DNA of 64,000 bases from Verrucomicrobiota bacterium (lineage in GTDB: Bacteria; Verrucomicrobiota; Verrucomicrobiia; Opitutales; Cerasicoccaceae): the NCBI GenBank assembly GCA_039818205.1, contig JBCBUK010000003.1, positions 320,001 to 384,000 on the forward strand. The letters are read 5' to 3'. Each line of letters starts with the position of its first letter. Position 1 is the stretch's first letter. The notes under the pieces were generated by a model. The model made no database searches. It had not been told where the DNA came from and saw only the letters and a program-made list of their open reading frames with translations. Both the position numbers and the translations under genes were made by a program. Positions 32,858 to 42,283 of this stretch are shown one piece after another.

Positions 32858-33271
32858 TTGAAACTATCACTAAAAGTTGAATACGCGCTGCGGGTATTGG
32901 CTCAACTGGGCCGGTATCAGGGAACATCGAAGTTGGCGCACATCGATTCCCTCGCTGAGGCTGAGGAAGTGCCGTCAAACTACCTGGTGCAAATCCTTAA
33001 CGAATTGCGCAATGGTGGTATCATCACCAGTCGTCGGGGTAAACAAGGTGGCTACGCATTAGCCAAGGAGCCAGACGTGATTTCCCTCTATGACGTGATG
33101 CGTGTCATTGATCCGGGTCTCTTTACGAGTGAGCCGTCCCGTGCCGGGCAATCGGGTGCGCACGTTGCGCAGGCGCTTACTCTCATTGGTAGTGCTTTTG
33201 AGGAGAAGGCGAAGGGTCTAACCTTGCGTGATCTGATGCCGAAGGACGCGGGTCCAATGTATTACATCTAG
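32858..33271 (+). CDS. Rrf2 family transcriptional regulator (no Cys; CymR-like)
   Basis: MKLSLKVEYALR, YLVQILNELR..G...SRRGKQGGYALAK. TTG start. Confidence 0.9.
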   Translation: MKLSLKVEYALRVLAQLGRYQGTSKLAHIDSLAEAEEVPSNYLVQILNELRNGGIITSRRGKQGGYALAKEPDVISLYDVMRVIDPGLFTSEPSRAGQSGAHVAQALTLIGSAFEEKAKGLTLRDLMPKDAGPMYYI

Positions 33272-33329
33272 CCTGAATAGCGGATGTCTGCTGGTATTTG
33301 GCCAATCGCTTTGGGCGATTTCTTTGTAT

Positions 33330-34484
33330 CTATTTGAAGCGCGACAAAGAGAAGGGAGCGAGCAATTTTGGGCGCTCTTCGGTGATGCACCATGTGGCGA
33401 TGAGTTCGCCGAGGCCAGCGGAGTGCTTAAATCCATGGCCTGAACATGGGGACGCGAGAAGAATACGGTCGCGTTCGGGGAGGCGGTCGATGACGAATTC
33501 TTGATCGGGAGTCACGGTGTAGGCGCAACGAATGGAATGGGTTGGCCCGGGTTCGAAATCGATTGCGAGGCAGGCGGTCTCAAAAAGGTAATCAACTTCC
33601 TCCCGAGTGGGTTTCACGTCATTTTGAGTAACTGGAATCGATTGGGTGAACTGCTCGCTGGCCACTTTCATTGCACCATCATCACCGGGTAACGGTGGGA
33701 AGCCGTAGAGCATGCCATCGCCAGGGTTTGGGATCCGGATAAAGATGGGAAAGTTTTTCGGAGCGGGCTCTTGCGGGCGATACCAGGCCTGCACTTGTGG
33801 ATAGATCGTGAAGGTCGATTGCACGTTCTCGGGCAGGAACGATTTTAGCCAGCCTCCGGCGGAGAGGATAACTTGGTCGGCAGTCCAGGTCTGGTCCGCA
33901 CTGGTTAGGCGAACATGATCATCGAATTGCTCGATTCGATCGATCACGGTATCGAGGGCAAGGTGAGCGCCGAGCTTTTGGGCGCACGTCAACTGCGTAT
34001 CAATGCACGTTTCCGGGCAAACGTAGCCAGCCGTTGGTTCATAGTATCCGCGATCGGTGTCGCTGAATTTGAACAAGGGAAAGCGTTCCCGCATCGCCTG
34101 CGCCTCCAGCAGCTCGTGTTCAATTCCATGTTTCTGCGCAGCGGCAATAGTTGTGCCCAAGAAGTCTTCGACGCCGTGGGTTGGTCCATTGCCGGTGGTG
34201 TTTCCATAGATCAGACCACCGACCTCGTGAAGTAACGAGTGATTGGTTTTCGCCTCTAGATCTTGCCAGATTTTGTGTGATCGAATCACAATTGGAGAGT
34301 AGTGCGCACCTTCTCCGATCGCTAGACGAGTGATTCGACTTTGGCCGTGCGAGGAGCCATGCGAGTGGGGTGGGCGGAAGCGGTCGATGCCCAATACGCG
34401 TTGGTTGCGTTGGGCGAGTTGATAAAGAGAGGCGCTTCCCACTGCACCAAGGCCAACGATGATCACCTCATAGTGAGATACCAT
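33330..34484 (-). CDS. solA: N-methyl-L-tryptophan oxidase / monomeric sarcosine oxidase family
   Basis: IVGLGAVGS, GSSHGQSRITR, CAYTVTPD, CSGHGFK. Confidence 0.88.
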   Translation of the reverse strand: MVSHYEVIIVGLGAVGSASLYQLAQRNQRVLGIDRFRPPHSHGSSHGQSRITRLAIGEGAHYSPIVIRSHKIWQDLEAKTNHSLLHEVGGLIYGNTTGNGPTHGVEDFLGTTIAAAQKHGIEHELLEAQAMRERFPLFKFSDTDRGYYEPTAGYVCPETCIDTQLTCAQKLGAHLALDTVIDRIEQFDDHVRLTSADQTWTADQVILSAGGWLKSFLPENVQSTFTIYPQVQAWYRPQEPAPKNFPIFIRIPNPGDGMLYGFPPLPGDDGAMKVASEQFTQSIPVTQNDVKPTREEVDYLFETACLAIDFEPGPTHSIRCAYTVTPDQEFVIDRLPERDRILLASPCSGHGFKHSAGLGELIATWCITEERPKLLAPFSLSRFK

Positions 34485-34573
34485 GGTTTCATCCTGGGCG
34501 ATGTGCTTAGGGCTGTCGAGGCAAAGGAGATTTGGTTTGGATTTGTCGGGGATAGCTGCTATCCGCTTATCCT

Positions 34574-35287
34574 ATGGCTCATGTGCGACTACTTGTTTCG
34601 ACTGTTCTTTTCACGCTACCATTAGTTGGCCAAGCGAGCATGGCGCTTCAGTTTAATTTTGGAGCAAATGGAGTAAATGAACCGACCTGGAACAATGTTC
34701 CCGCAGGGCTCGGCTATGTTGGGAACCCCGATACGATTTCTAATTTGGTCGATACTAGTGACAATCCAACGAGCTATTCGCTAACCGTCACTTCGATTGC
34801 CAATGGTCCGAACTTTTCGGGAACGACCTCCTCGACTTTGTTCCCGGCATTTGCCACGGAGTTCAATATATTTGGCAATACACCGGAGGCGGGAAATGGC
34901 ATTGCCAATGTAACGCCCGTCTATGAGTTGAAAGGGCTGGAGACGGACGTTGCATACGATTTTTTGTTCTACGCCTCGCGCGCCGGTGTTTCTGACAATC
35001 GCGAAACTACCTACCGCCTAACGGGGACTACGGTTGAGGCCGTCGACCTGAATCCGTCGAATAACATCGATACCTTCGTGACAATCGAGAACGTTTTCCC
35101 GGATGAGTTCGGGACGTTTCAAATCGAGGTGTTGCCCGGGCCAAACAACGACAATTCGTTTACATTCACTTACCTTGGCGTATTGCAGGTAACCCAAGTG
35201 CCAGAGCCGGAAACTTATGGATTGATTGCCGGTGCGGTGATTGGATTGGCGGTAGCTGTTCGCCGCCGCCGATCCGCTAAGGCATAG
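34574..35287 (+). CDS. PEP-CTERM sorting domain surface protein
   Basis: Signal peptide. C-terminal VPEPETYGLIAGAVIGLAVAVRRRR. Confidence 0.92.
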   Translation: MAHVRLLVSTVLFTLPLVGQASMALQFNFGANGVNEPTWNNVPAGLGYVGNPDTISNLVDTSDNPTSYSLTVTSIANGPNFSGTTSSTLFPAFATEFNIFGNTPEAGNGIANVTPVYELKGLETDVAYDFLFYASRAGVSDNRETTYRLTGTTVEAVDLNPSNNIDTFVTIENVFPDEFGTFQIEVLPGPNNDNSFTFTYLGVLQVTQVPEPETYGLIAGAVIGLAVAVRRRRSAKA

Positions 35288-35300
35288 GAGCTGATCGCTC

Positions 35301-37094
35301 TTAGTAAACGTCGCGTTGGTAACGCTTGTCTTTTTGTAGTTGCTTCACGGTTGCTTCGGCGTCGTCGCGTGAGAGGCCGCCGTGTGTTTCGTGAATGCTG
35401 ATGAGGGCCTCGTGGACATCGTGGGCCATGCGTGACGCATCGCCGCACACGTAGAAGTGGCCACCATCTTGCAACCAAGCATAGATGTCCTTGCCCTTTT
35501 CGATCATGCGATTCTGAACGTAAACCTTGTGGGCCTGGTCGCGAGAGAACGCAGTGTCGAGCTTGGTGAGGACTCCATCCTTCATGTAGCTTTGCAGTTC
35601 AAGCTGGTAAAGGAAGTCGTAAAGGAAGTGCTGGTCACCGAAGAAGAGCCAGTTCTTACCCTTGGCCTCAGTGGCGGCGCGCTCTTCCAGGAAGGACCGG
35701 AATGGGGCCACGCCGGTGCCAGGTCCAACCATGATAATGGGTTTGTCGCTGTCGGCCGGGAGCTTGAAATTCTTGTTGTGGTGCGTGTAGATCGGCATCG
35801 TGTCGCCGATCGAAACGCGGTCGGCCAAGAAAGTTGAAGCAACGCCGCGGCGCTCACGCCCGTGGGTGTTGTAGCGAACAGCGGCAACCGTCAAGTGCAC
35901 CTCATCCGGATGTGCCTTCATGCTCGAGGAAATCGAATAAAGGCGGGGTGGCATCTTGCGGAGCAGGCCGACAAATTCCTTCGCATTGAGACCGCTCACT
36001 GGATGATCAACGAGCAAATCACAAAGTTGGCGACCCCAGAGGTAATCTTGGAGTTTTTCCTTTGCGCCGTTTGCGAGCAATGCCGTCAGCTCGTCACTCT
36101 TGGCCAAGTCGTTATACTTTTTAACGATATTCTTGGTCAGACCAGTGATGTCGTAGTATTGGGTCAGGACTTCGTTAAGTGGACCTTCGCTACCATCTGG
36201 CGCTGCAACGGCATCCTCGGTATTGAACTTACCCGCTTCGATAACCGCTTGAACGTCTTCCTTCGCGTTGCTTGGTAAAATGGCAAGGGCATCACCGGCT
36301 TCATAGGTCAACCCGCTGCCAGCAAGTGACAACTCGACGTGAATCGTTTCCTTCTTCGAGCCACGTCCGTTGAGGAGGACGCGTTCTTTGAGTTCCGATG
36401 GGAACGGATTCTTTTTCCCATACTCGATCGCGGGAGCCAAAGTGGCGGCACTAGCACCATTGGTAGCCACGGTTGGTTTCGCGAGTTCGGCGAGATCATG
36501 CAACGCGCCGTCGAGCCACTTGTTGAAAGGCGGTTCGTAGTCGAGGTCGCAATCGGTGCGTGGGTGGAAACGCTTGCCGCCCAGCTCTTCGAGTCGCTTA
36601 TCAAAGTCCTTGCCGATCTGGCAAAATTTCTCGTAGGAGGTGTCACCAAGGGAGAGCACTGAGAAGCGTGCTTGCTCCATCTTGGGGGCTTTATCGCCCA
36701 TGACGAAGTCGTAGAAGGTGACTGCTCGGTCAGGTGGCTCACCGTCGCCCCAGGTGCTGACGATGACCATGAGGTTTTCCTCTTTCCCAAAATTCGCTGG
36801 CTTGTAATCACCCATGTCCGCAATTTTGGCATCAAAGCCTTTCTTTGCGGCGGCTTTCTTTGCCTGCGCAGCGAGCTCCTCCGCGTTGCCACTCTCAGTA
36901 CCGTAGAGGATGGTGAGCGGGATGCGTGCCGTTGGCGCGGCGATGGCCGCGGGAGCTGGATTCCCGGATGCGCTTTGGGCTCCCGCGAGGAAGCCACTCA
37001 ACCAGGTTGTCTGCTGGGCGTTCAAGGTCGGCAGAACCTGATTAAGAGCCGAACGTTGTGGCTCGCTGAAAGGTGCGTGTTCAGGAATATTCAT
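35301..37094 (-). CDS. cysJ: Sulfite reductase [NADPH] flavoprotein subunit (CysJ-like)
   Basis: Flavodoxin LYGTESGNAE, STWGDGEPP, RLYSISS, MVGPGTGVAPFR, FYVCGDA, RYQRDVY. Start ATG 37094. Confidence 0.9.
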   Translation of the reverse strand: MNIPEHAPFSEPQRSALNQVLPTLNAQQTTWLSGFLAGAQSASGNPAPAAIAAPTARIPLTILYGTESGNAEELAAQAKKAAAKKGFDAKIADMGDYKPANFGKEENLMVIVSTWGDGEPPDRAVTFYDFVMGDKAPKMEQARFSVLSLGDTSYEKFCQIGKDFDKRLEELGGKRFHPRTDCDLDYEPPFNKWLDGALHDLAELAKPTVATNGASAATLAPAIEYGKKNPFPSELKERVLLNGRGSKKETIHVELSLAGSGLTYEAGDALAILPSNAKEDVQAVIEAGKFNTEDAVAAPDGSEGPLNEVLTQYYDITGLTKNIVKKYNDLAKSDELTALLANGAKEKLQDYLWGRQLCDLLVDHPVSGLNAKEFVGLLRKMPPRLYSISSSMKAHPDEVHLTVAAVRYNTHGRERRGVASTFLADRVSIGDTMPIYTHHNKNFKLPADSDKPIIMVGPGTGVAPFRSFLEERAATEAKGKNWLFFGDQHFLYDFLYQLELQSYMKDGVLTKLDTAFSRDQAHKVYVQNRMIEKGKDIYAWLQDGGHFYVCGDASRMAHDVHEALISIHETHGGLSRDDAEATVKQLQKDKRYQRDVY

Positions 37095-37221
37095 GGATAA
37101 GAAAACCAAGTAGTAATGCGGTTACTGCCCCTGAGATCAAGTCTTAGTTCAGCTTAATTAGCGCATCTTATCTATAAGTGCAGCCTAGCTGCTAGCCCGA
37201 TCTGGCCAAATTTTCGGAATT

Positions 37222-37668
37222 CTACGCGTTTGAACTGTTGGCCGTTTTGGGGGCAACGACGGTGAAACAGGCGCGGACGGAGTCTGGAATGGCTAGTGGC
37301 CGGCCTGAATTGGCGTCGATATAGACCCAATCAGTCTCCCCGTGAGCGATAACAGACTGATCATCGGCTTTGAGAAACTGGTATCGACGCTTTGAGCGAA
37401 CCCGCTCCACCTCAGCAATCCAAGTCTTTGCGATCAGTCGATCTCCAAGCAGGGCGGGGCGCCGGTATTCAATATGGTGAGACCGAGCGACCCAGGTCGC
37501 TCCAAGTCGATCGGTTTCCTGGGCCCCTCCCGTTGATCGGGCATGGGCAATCGCGACGTCCTGCATCCATTGCACGTAGACGACGTTGTTGACGTGGTCA
37601 TTGCGGTCGATCGCATCGGGTCCCACGACAATTTCTTCGGAAAACGTTCCTGATTCATCCACCGGCAT
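37222..37668 (-). CDS. Acyl-CoA thioesterase (4HBT/YbgC hotdog family)
   Basis: IDRNDHVNNVVYVQW, HIEYRRPA, GRPLAIP. Confidence 0.9.
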   Translation of the reverse strand: MPVDESGTFSEEIVVGPDAIDRNDHVNNVVYVQWMQDVAIAHARSTGGAQETDRLGATWVARSHHIEYRRPALLGDRLIAKTWIAEVERVRSKRRYQFLKADDQSVIAHGETDWVYIDANSGRPLAIPDSVRACFTVVAPKTANSSNA

Positions 37669-37671
37669 CGT

Positions 37672-38379
37672 TTAAGACTTATCCTTGAGAAGCATGAGCG
37701 ACTCAAGGTTCGAACCTTTGACGCCGTAAATTCGCAAGCTCTTGGGGATCGATGTCACTTTGAAATGGTAGGCTGTATAAAATGCCACAGCCATGCAAAC
37801 CAGGGCGAATATTGCGGTTATGGTGGATGCGGTTTCGGTGTCGGGCTCCATCATAGCCCAGGCGACGATCGCCCAAATGATGCTGATGGTGCCGAGAATA
37901 ACACCGACAACCTGGCCGAACATAAGGAGCGGTCGAGCGGCTTTGCAGCGTTCATAAACGGCCATTGGCAAACGATGGATGGTGCTGTATCCGGTTTCTT
38001 TCGTTTCGTCACCACGGGTCAGCAAAGCCAGTAGGGCGAGTGGGCCGAAGAACATCGATAAGAGCATTCCAATCGCACTCTTATTTGATTCCGAATACCT
38101 AACCTTCCAGTAGGCACGCACTAAAATGCCATCCTCGCTTGTTTCAGCTTCAGCGCTCGAGATTTCGCCTGCAATACGGCCGAAGCGGTCGCAGGCGATG
38201 GATTTGGTCTGAGTTTGTTTCTGGAGGTGTCGCAACAGTTTACCCTCAAATAGCATTTCGGTTTGCTGAGAGAGTAAGGCGGCTTCACGCTCCAACTGCC
38301 CTTGGGCAACGGACTCTGACAAGGCGACGGAGCTGCGTTGCTGAGGAAGTTTTGCCGACGGTGTGAGTTTGTAATTCAC
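37672..38379 (-). CDS. Hypothetical membrane protein (about 3 TM helices)
   Basis: 235-aa ORF with hydrophobic segments, 3 nt from the thioesterase start. Start codon uncertain. Confidence 0.65.
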   Translation of the reverse strand: MNYKLTPSAKLPQQRSSVALSESVAQGQLEREAALLSQQTEMLFEGKLLRHLQKQTQTKSIACDRFGRIAGEISSAEAETSEDGILVRAYWKVRYSESNKSAIGMLLSMFFGPLALLALLTRGDETKETGYSTIHRLPMAVYERCKAARPLLMFGQVVGVILGTISIIWAIVAWAMMEPDTETASTITAIFALVCMAVAFYTAYHFKVTSIPKSLRIYGVKGSNLESLMLLKDKS

Positions 38380-38442
38380 GATTGATACAGAATAGTATTA
38401 ATCCGTGGATTCGGTTGGGCAAGAGAAACCGGGGGCGGCGGG

Positions 38443-39669
38443 CTAGAATTTGATCACAAACTGAGCGGCGATTTGGTTTTCTCCGTCTTGGAAGCTCGTG
38501 AATTGATGTTGGAACTGGTACTGAACTTTAAACAAGCTGTGGCGGTCGAATTTGTAGCCGAGCGCGACCTCGGCTCTAATCTGGTCGTTCTCCCAGTTTT
38601 GGGATCCGAGAATGGTATCGATCTCGTTGTAAAATTGGTGACCGAATCGTAGCGCGGTATAAAACTGAGGCGTTACCTTATATTTGGTTTCGATGTAGTA
38701 GCTGAAGATCTGGGCAGGGTCGCTGACATTCGGAATATCAAACTGGCTAAATAGGAACTCGCCCCAGACCTGCCATGGGCCGCTCGACCAAGTGGCATCG
38801 ACGCCCACAACCACTTGCTGATAGTCGCCAACATCGGTTCCAAGGGGCAGGGCGGGCTCGGCGGCTGGTCGGAAATAGGAGCCAATGGAACCAGAGAGGC
38901 CGAATTGCCATTCAGCGCTATGGGTGTAGCCGAGTCGACCGGTGAATGTCGGGGTAGTCCAGTCGTAGTCGTCCCACTCGGATGGACGAGTGGCGAGGGA
39001 CTCATTGGTCCCGGAGACCGCTAGGTCGAATCCACCCCAGCTGGCAAATGCGGCAATTCCTTGTGTGTAGACGGGACCCCAAATGATAGGAAGCCAGGTC
39101 TTAAGGAAGTTGCTATCGTTTGCGGTCCGCCGGCTGGCAAATGAAAGTGCATTGGCTGGTACGGCCAAGTCGGAAACGCTGGTGGCCTGGTCGTAGGCCA
39201 GGGGCGGAGAAATGAATGGGTTGTCCCACGCATCGAGTCGCGGCACCCAGTTGCCAAAGATCGTGGCGAAGCGGCCGACTCGTAAATCGAGGTGCCCTGG
39301 TACGATCACGCCGTCGGCAAAGATTTCATCCAGTCGCACTTGATTGTCCATGTAACCGGGGTCAATACCATCGTCCCAACGGAACTTGATAGAGCCTGAC
39401 AGGCGCTCACCGACAAAAGCGTCGGCCTCCAGGGTGAGCCGTGGGTGATATTGAGTGTGGTTTCCCGGTTGGACGAAAATAAATCCGATCGGCGCCTCGT
39501 TGAAATAGTAGCCAGTAATTTCGGCCGACCCGCCCGCTTGGATCGCGAAGAAGCCATCCTCAGTTTCATAAAACAGGTTGTCGCTAACGTAGTCGAGCGG
39601 CTCAAGGATGGTTTTGGCCTCGACCAACAGGGGAAGCAGGAAGATTGCGAATAGCGAACGTAGGAACAT
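38443..39669 (-). CDS. Putative outer-membrane beta-barrel protein
   Basis: Signal peptide, alternating aromatic beta-strand pattern, LRVGRF, C-terminal Phe (AQFVIKF). Confidence 0.8.
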   Translation of the reverse strand: MFLRSLFAIFLLPLLVEAKTILEPLDYVSDNLFYETEDGFFAIQAGGSAEITGYYFNEAPIGFIFVQPGNHTQYHPRLTLEADAFVGERLSGSIKFRWDDGIDPGYMDNQVRLDEIFADGVIVPGHLDLRVGRFATIFGNWVPRLDAWDNPFISPPLAYDQATSVSDLAVPANALSFASRRTANDSNFLKTWLPIIWGPVYTQGIAAFASWGGFDLAVSGTNESLATRPSEWDDYDWTTPTFTGRLGYTHSAEWQFGLSGSIGSYFRPAAEPALPLGTDVGDYQQVVVGVDATWSSGPWQVWGEFLFSQFDIPNVSDPAQIFSYYIETKYKVTPQFYTALRFGHQFYNEIDTILGSQNWENDQIRAEVALGYKFDRHSLFKVQYQFQHQFTSFQDGENQIAAQFVIKF

Positions 39670-39671
39670 GA

Positions 39672-41465
39672 CTAATCCACGGAGATAACTTTAAACACTG
39701 GGACACGATCCTTAAAGCCTTTGAGCTGGACGCTGTCAATCCGTTCGACAACCGCGCTCTCGGGGAGACGCTCACGGATGGCCTCGTCAATAATGACTTC
39801 GCCCGGGCCAGCTTTCGAACAAAGGCGAGCGGCGAGGTTAACGCGGTCTCCCAGAACGGTGTAGTTTCGCCGACGGTCCGATCCCATGCGTCCGGCAACG
39901 ACTTCGCCGGCACCGATGCCGACTCCAATGCGAATCGGACGCTCCGCGGTCTCGTTCAGTTTGGCCCGCGCTGCGACCATGTCCAAGCCGCAGCGGACTG
40001 CGTTCACCCAGTCATTACCGTAGGAGTGGGGCGCTCCGAAAAGGACCATAATCTCGTCACCAACGTATTTGTCGACGACGCCCTTGTGGTCGTCCGCGAG
40101 GTCAGCCATTGCGGTCATGTGGACGTTGACCAATTCAACAACATCTCGCGGATCCATCCCGTCGGTGAGTGGCGTGAAGCCGCGGATGTCACAAAACAGC
40201 GTGGCGACTTCCCGAGTTTCGCCGCCGAGTTCAATCTTACCCGCAAGCATTTCTTTAGCGATTGCAGGATCAGTAACCATGTTCAGCACATGGTTCATCT
40301 TTTCTTTTAGCTGAAGCTCACCCGCCATGGATCGTGTTGCCTTGCCCAAGACGCCGAGCTCGCCCTTACCCTCGGGCGGGTTGACGTTGAAGTCACCATC
40401 TCCGATTTGATGCATGACGTTGACCAAGGCTTCAATGTGGCGGGCGAAACTTTGCGATGTAAAGTAACTTAACGTCAAGCCGAGCAATAACGCAGCTGCC
40501 AGAAACCAAACAGCCAGGTTGCGTATCCGATCAACCAGAGCTTCGAGACCCGCCAGTGAGTAGAGTTGCACACGGTATCCTCGGGGCATACCGGGCGAGG
40601 AAGCCAGCCGATAGGTAAACACCAAGTAGTTGATTCCGTTGACCTTGTATTCGGGGTGGACGCTTTGGTCAACCGCAGCGATCTTTTTGGCAATGTCGGA
40701 GGAAGCGGACCTGGGAATGGAAGTCGAGAATAGTTGCTGGTCGGCATAGATACCGCTCTCCACGGTAGAGCTTGCGGTATCGAGAACTTCGGTCCCCAGG
40801 TGTTGACCAATCGCGATCCAGCCAACGTAGGTGCTTTCGTCGGACGCATCGCCGCCAAGGTAGACCGGAGCAACGAGGATTTCGTAGAGGCTCGGTTGAT
40901 CGGGGGTCGGGAAGCTGAGATAGCCAAGGCTGAAAAAGTTTTCGTAGTCTTCCTCCGTTTCCGGAGTCGGCGGCATGATCAGACATTCCTCCAGGCGTTC
41001 AGCGATCGTTTGTTCATTGACGCCTGGTATCTTACCATAAATCCGATCGGTGGGGATCAACATCTTATTGTCGGTGTTGAACAAACGGAAGAATGTGCCG
41101 TTGGAATCGCTGTTCCCATCCGCAAGGAGGATGGGCTCCAACTCGTAGAAAAAGTCGACGTAAGCACGTTCGGAATCCCCAGTGCGGAGGGCCGCTTGCG
41201 GTCGAACGGCAAACTGCGAGGTATTGACAATGATTTGCTCTAGTTTTCCCCGGCGAAGGTTAAACTGTTTTTCAAAGGAGCGAATTTGGTCGTCGAAGCG
41301 ATCTTCAACGAATTCTCGATAAGCGGCGTTGAATCGCGACTGAACGAGGCCGAGAAGGGTGAGTGTGATGAAGGCAACGATCGCCAGGATCGCCAAGGTT
41401 AGGCGAAAACCGAAGCGATGCCAAAGCGGCGGTCGAGCAATTGCTGGATCCGCGCCCGAACTCAT
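39672..41465 (-). CDS. Membrane class III adenylate cyclase (2 TM, periplasmic sensor, HAMP)
   Basis: LFCDIRGFT, DKYVGDEIM, YTVLGDRVNLAARL, LKGF. HAMP-like segment GDFNVNPP..GELGVL...M. Confidence 0.93.
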   Translation of the reverse strand: MSSGADPAIARPPLWHRFGFRLTLAILAIVAFITLTLLGLVQSRFNAAYREFVEDRFDDQIRSFEKQFNLRRGKLEQIIVNTSQFAVRPQAALRTGDSERAYVDFFYELEPILLADGNSDSNGTFFRLFNTDNKMLIPTDRIYGKIPGVNEQTIAERLEECLIMPPTPETEEDYENFFSLGYLSFPTPDQPSLYEILVAPVYLGGDASDESTYVGWIAIGQHLGTEVLDTASSTVESGIYADQQLFSTSIPRSASSDIAKKIAAVDQSVHPEYKVNGINYLVFTYRLASSPGMPRGYRVQLYSLAGLEALVDRIRNLAVWFLAAALLLGLTLSYFTSQSFARHIEALVNVMHQIGDGDFNVNPPEGKGELGVLGKATRSMAGELQLKEKMNHVLNMVTDPAIAKEMLAGKIELGGETREVATLFCDIRGFTPLTDGMDPRDVVELVNVHMTAMADLADDHKGVVDKYVGDEIMVLFGAPHSYGNDWVNAVRCGLDMVAARAKLNETAERPIRIGVGIGAGEVVAGRMGSDRRRNYTVLGDRVNLAARLCSKAGPGEVIIDEAIRERLPESAVVERIDSVQLKGFKDRVPVFKVISVD

Positions 41466-42127
41466 TAGTTCTTTGTCGGTTTGGCTAGGTCGACCGTGAG
41501 GTCGGATTCGCCAGCTGGCACGTTGATGGGTTGCCGGCTTGTTTTGCCCGGCGCGTACCAGACTACCAGCTCATAGTCTCCCGCTGGTATGTCGTTCAAG
41601 GTGAAGTTGCCGGACTCGTCCGCAGTCGTAAAAATTGGCGAATCAAGTACGAGAATGGTGCTCCGCATGTGGCGGTGGATTTCGCAGAAAACCTCAATCT
41701 CTCCTGGTTTATCGAATACCTGTGTTCCCGGGTCTTCGCCTTTGCGATAGCGTCCCAGATCGAATGTCTTCTCCGGGGAGTAGGAGAATACATTGTGGAA
41801 GGTGTTGTCCTCGTTGGGGAAAACGACCATGGTTCCCTTGGTGATCGGCAACACGCTCACCTTGAATTGCAGTCCCTTTTGGATCAGCTGCCCATTCTTA
41901 GGCGCCGCGTCCCAGATTTCGGGTGCGAACTCACCCTCGAGGTATACAACGGCCCGTGGTGATGGTGGTGGAGAGGGCTGCTCGGTCGCTCCTCGATTGT
42001 AGCGGCTCGATGAGCGCTTCTGGCTGGGAAGTTCGGAAGTGTCGACCTGACCGGTGATGGTGGCCGCCTCGACGAGTAAGAACCCGGACAAAAAGATTAT
42101 CAGACTGCTAAGGGTATGACGTTTCAT
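41465..42127 (-). CDS. Exported cupredoxin-like + carboxypeptidase-regulatory-like domain protein
   Basis: FPNED..FHNVFS, FCEIHRHM (H...C-x2-H-x2-M), then G.FTL.DIPAGDYELVVW. TAATG overlap with the cyclase. Confidence 0.85.
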   Translation of the reverse strand: MKRHTLSSLIIFLSGFLLVEAATITGQVDTSELPSQKRSSSRYNRGATEQPSPPPSPRAVVYLEGEFAPEIWDAAPKNGQLIQKGLQFKVSVLPITKGTMVVFPNEDNTFHNVFSYSPEKTFDLGRYRKGEDPGTQVFDKPGEIEVFCEIHRHMRSTILVLDSPIFTTADESGNFTLNDIPAGDYELVVWYAPGKTSRQPINVPAGESDLTVDLAKPTKN

Positions 42128-42283
42128 CGATTAGTGGTAATTGGGCTCGAAACAGGGCCTGTTTCTGTGGGTAACATGGAGGCGTGTTTCGTCTGCTGCA
42201 AATTTAAATGGAGAAGATTTACGGTTCAAATTGAATGCGGATTGACAGTCCTTCCAAGGCTCATTGCATCAATGGTCTTGGCT

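Noticed and set aside
39672..41465. Cyclase as an anti-phage (Pycsar/CBASS) component
   Set aside because: Has a sensor-HAMP receptor architecture and no adjacent TIR or TM effector with a cyclic-nucleotide-binding domain.
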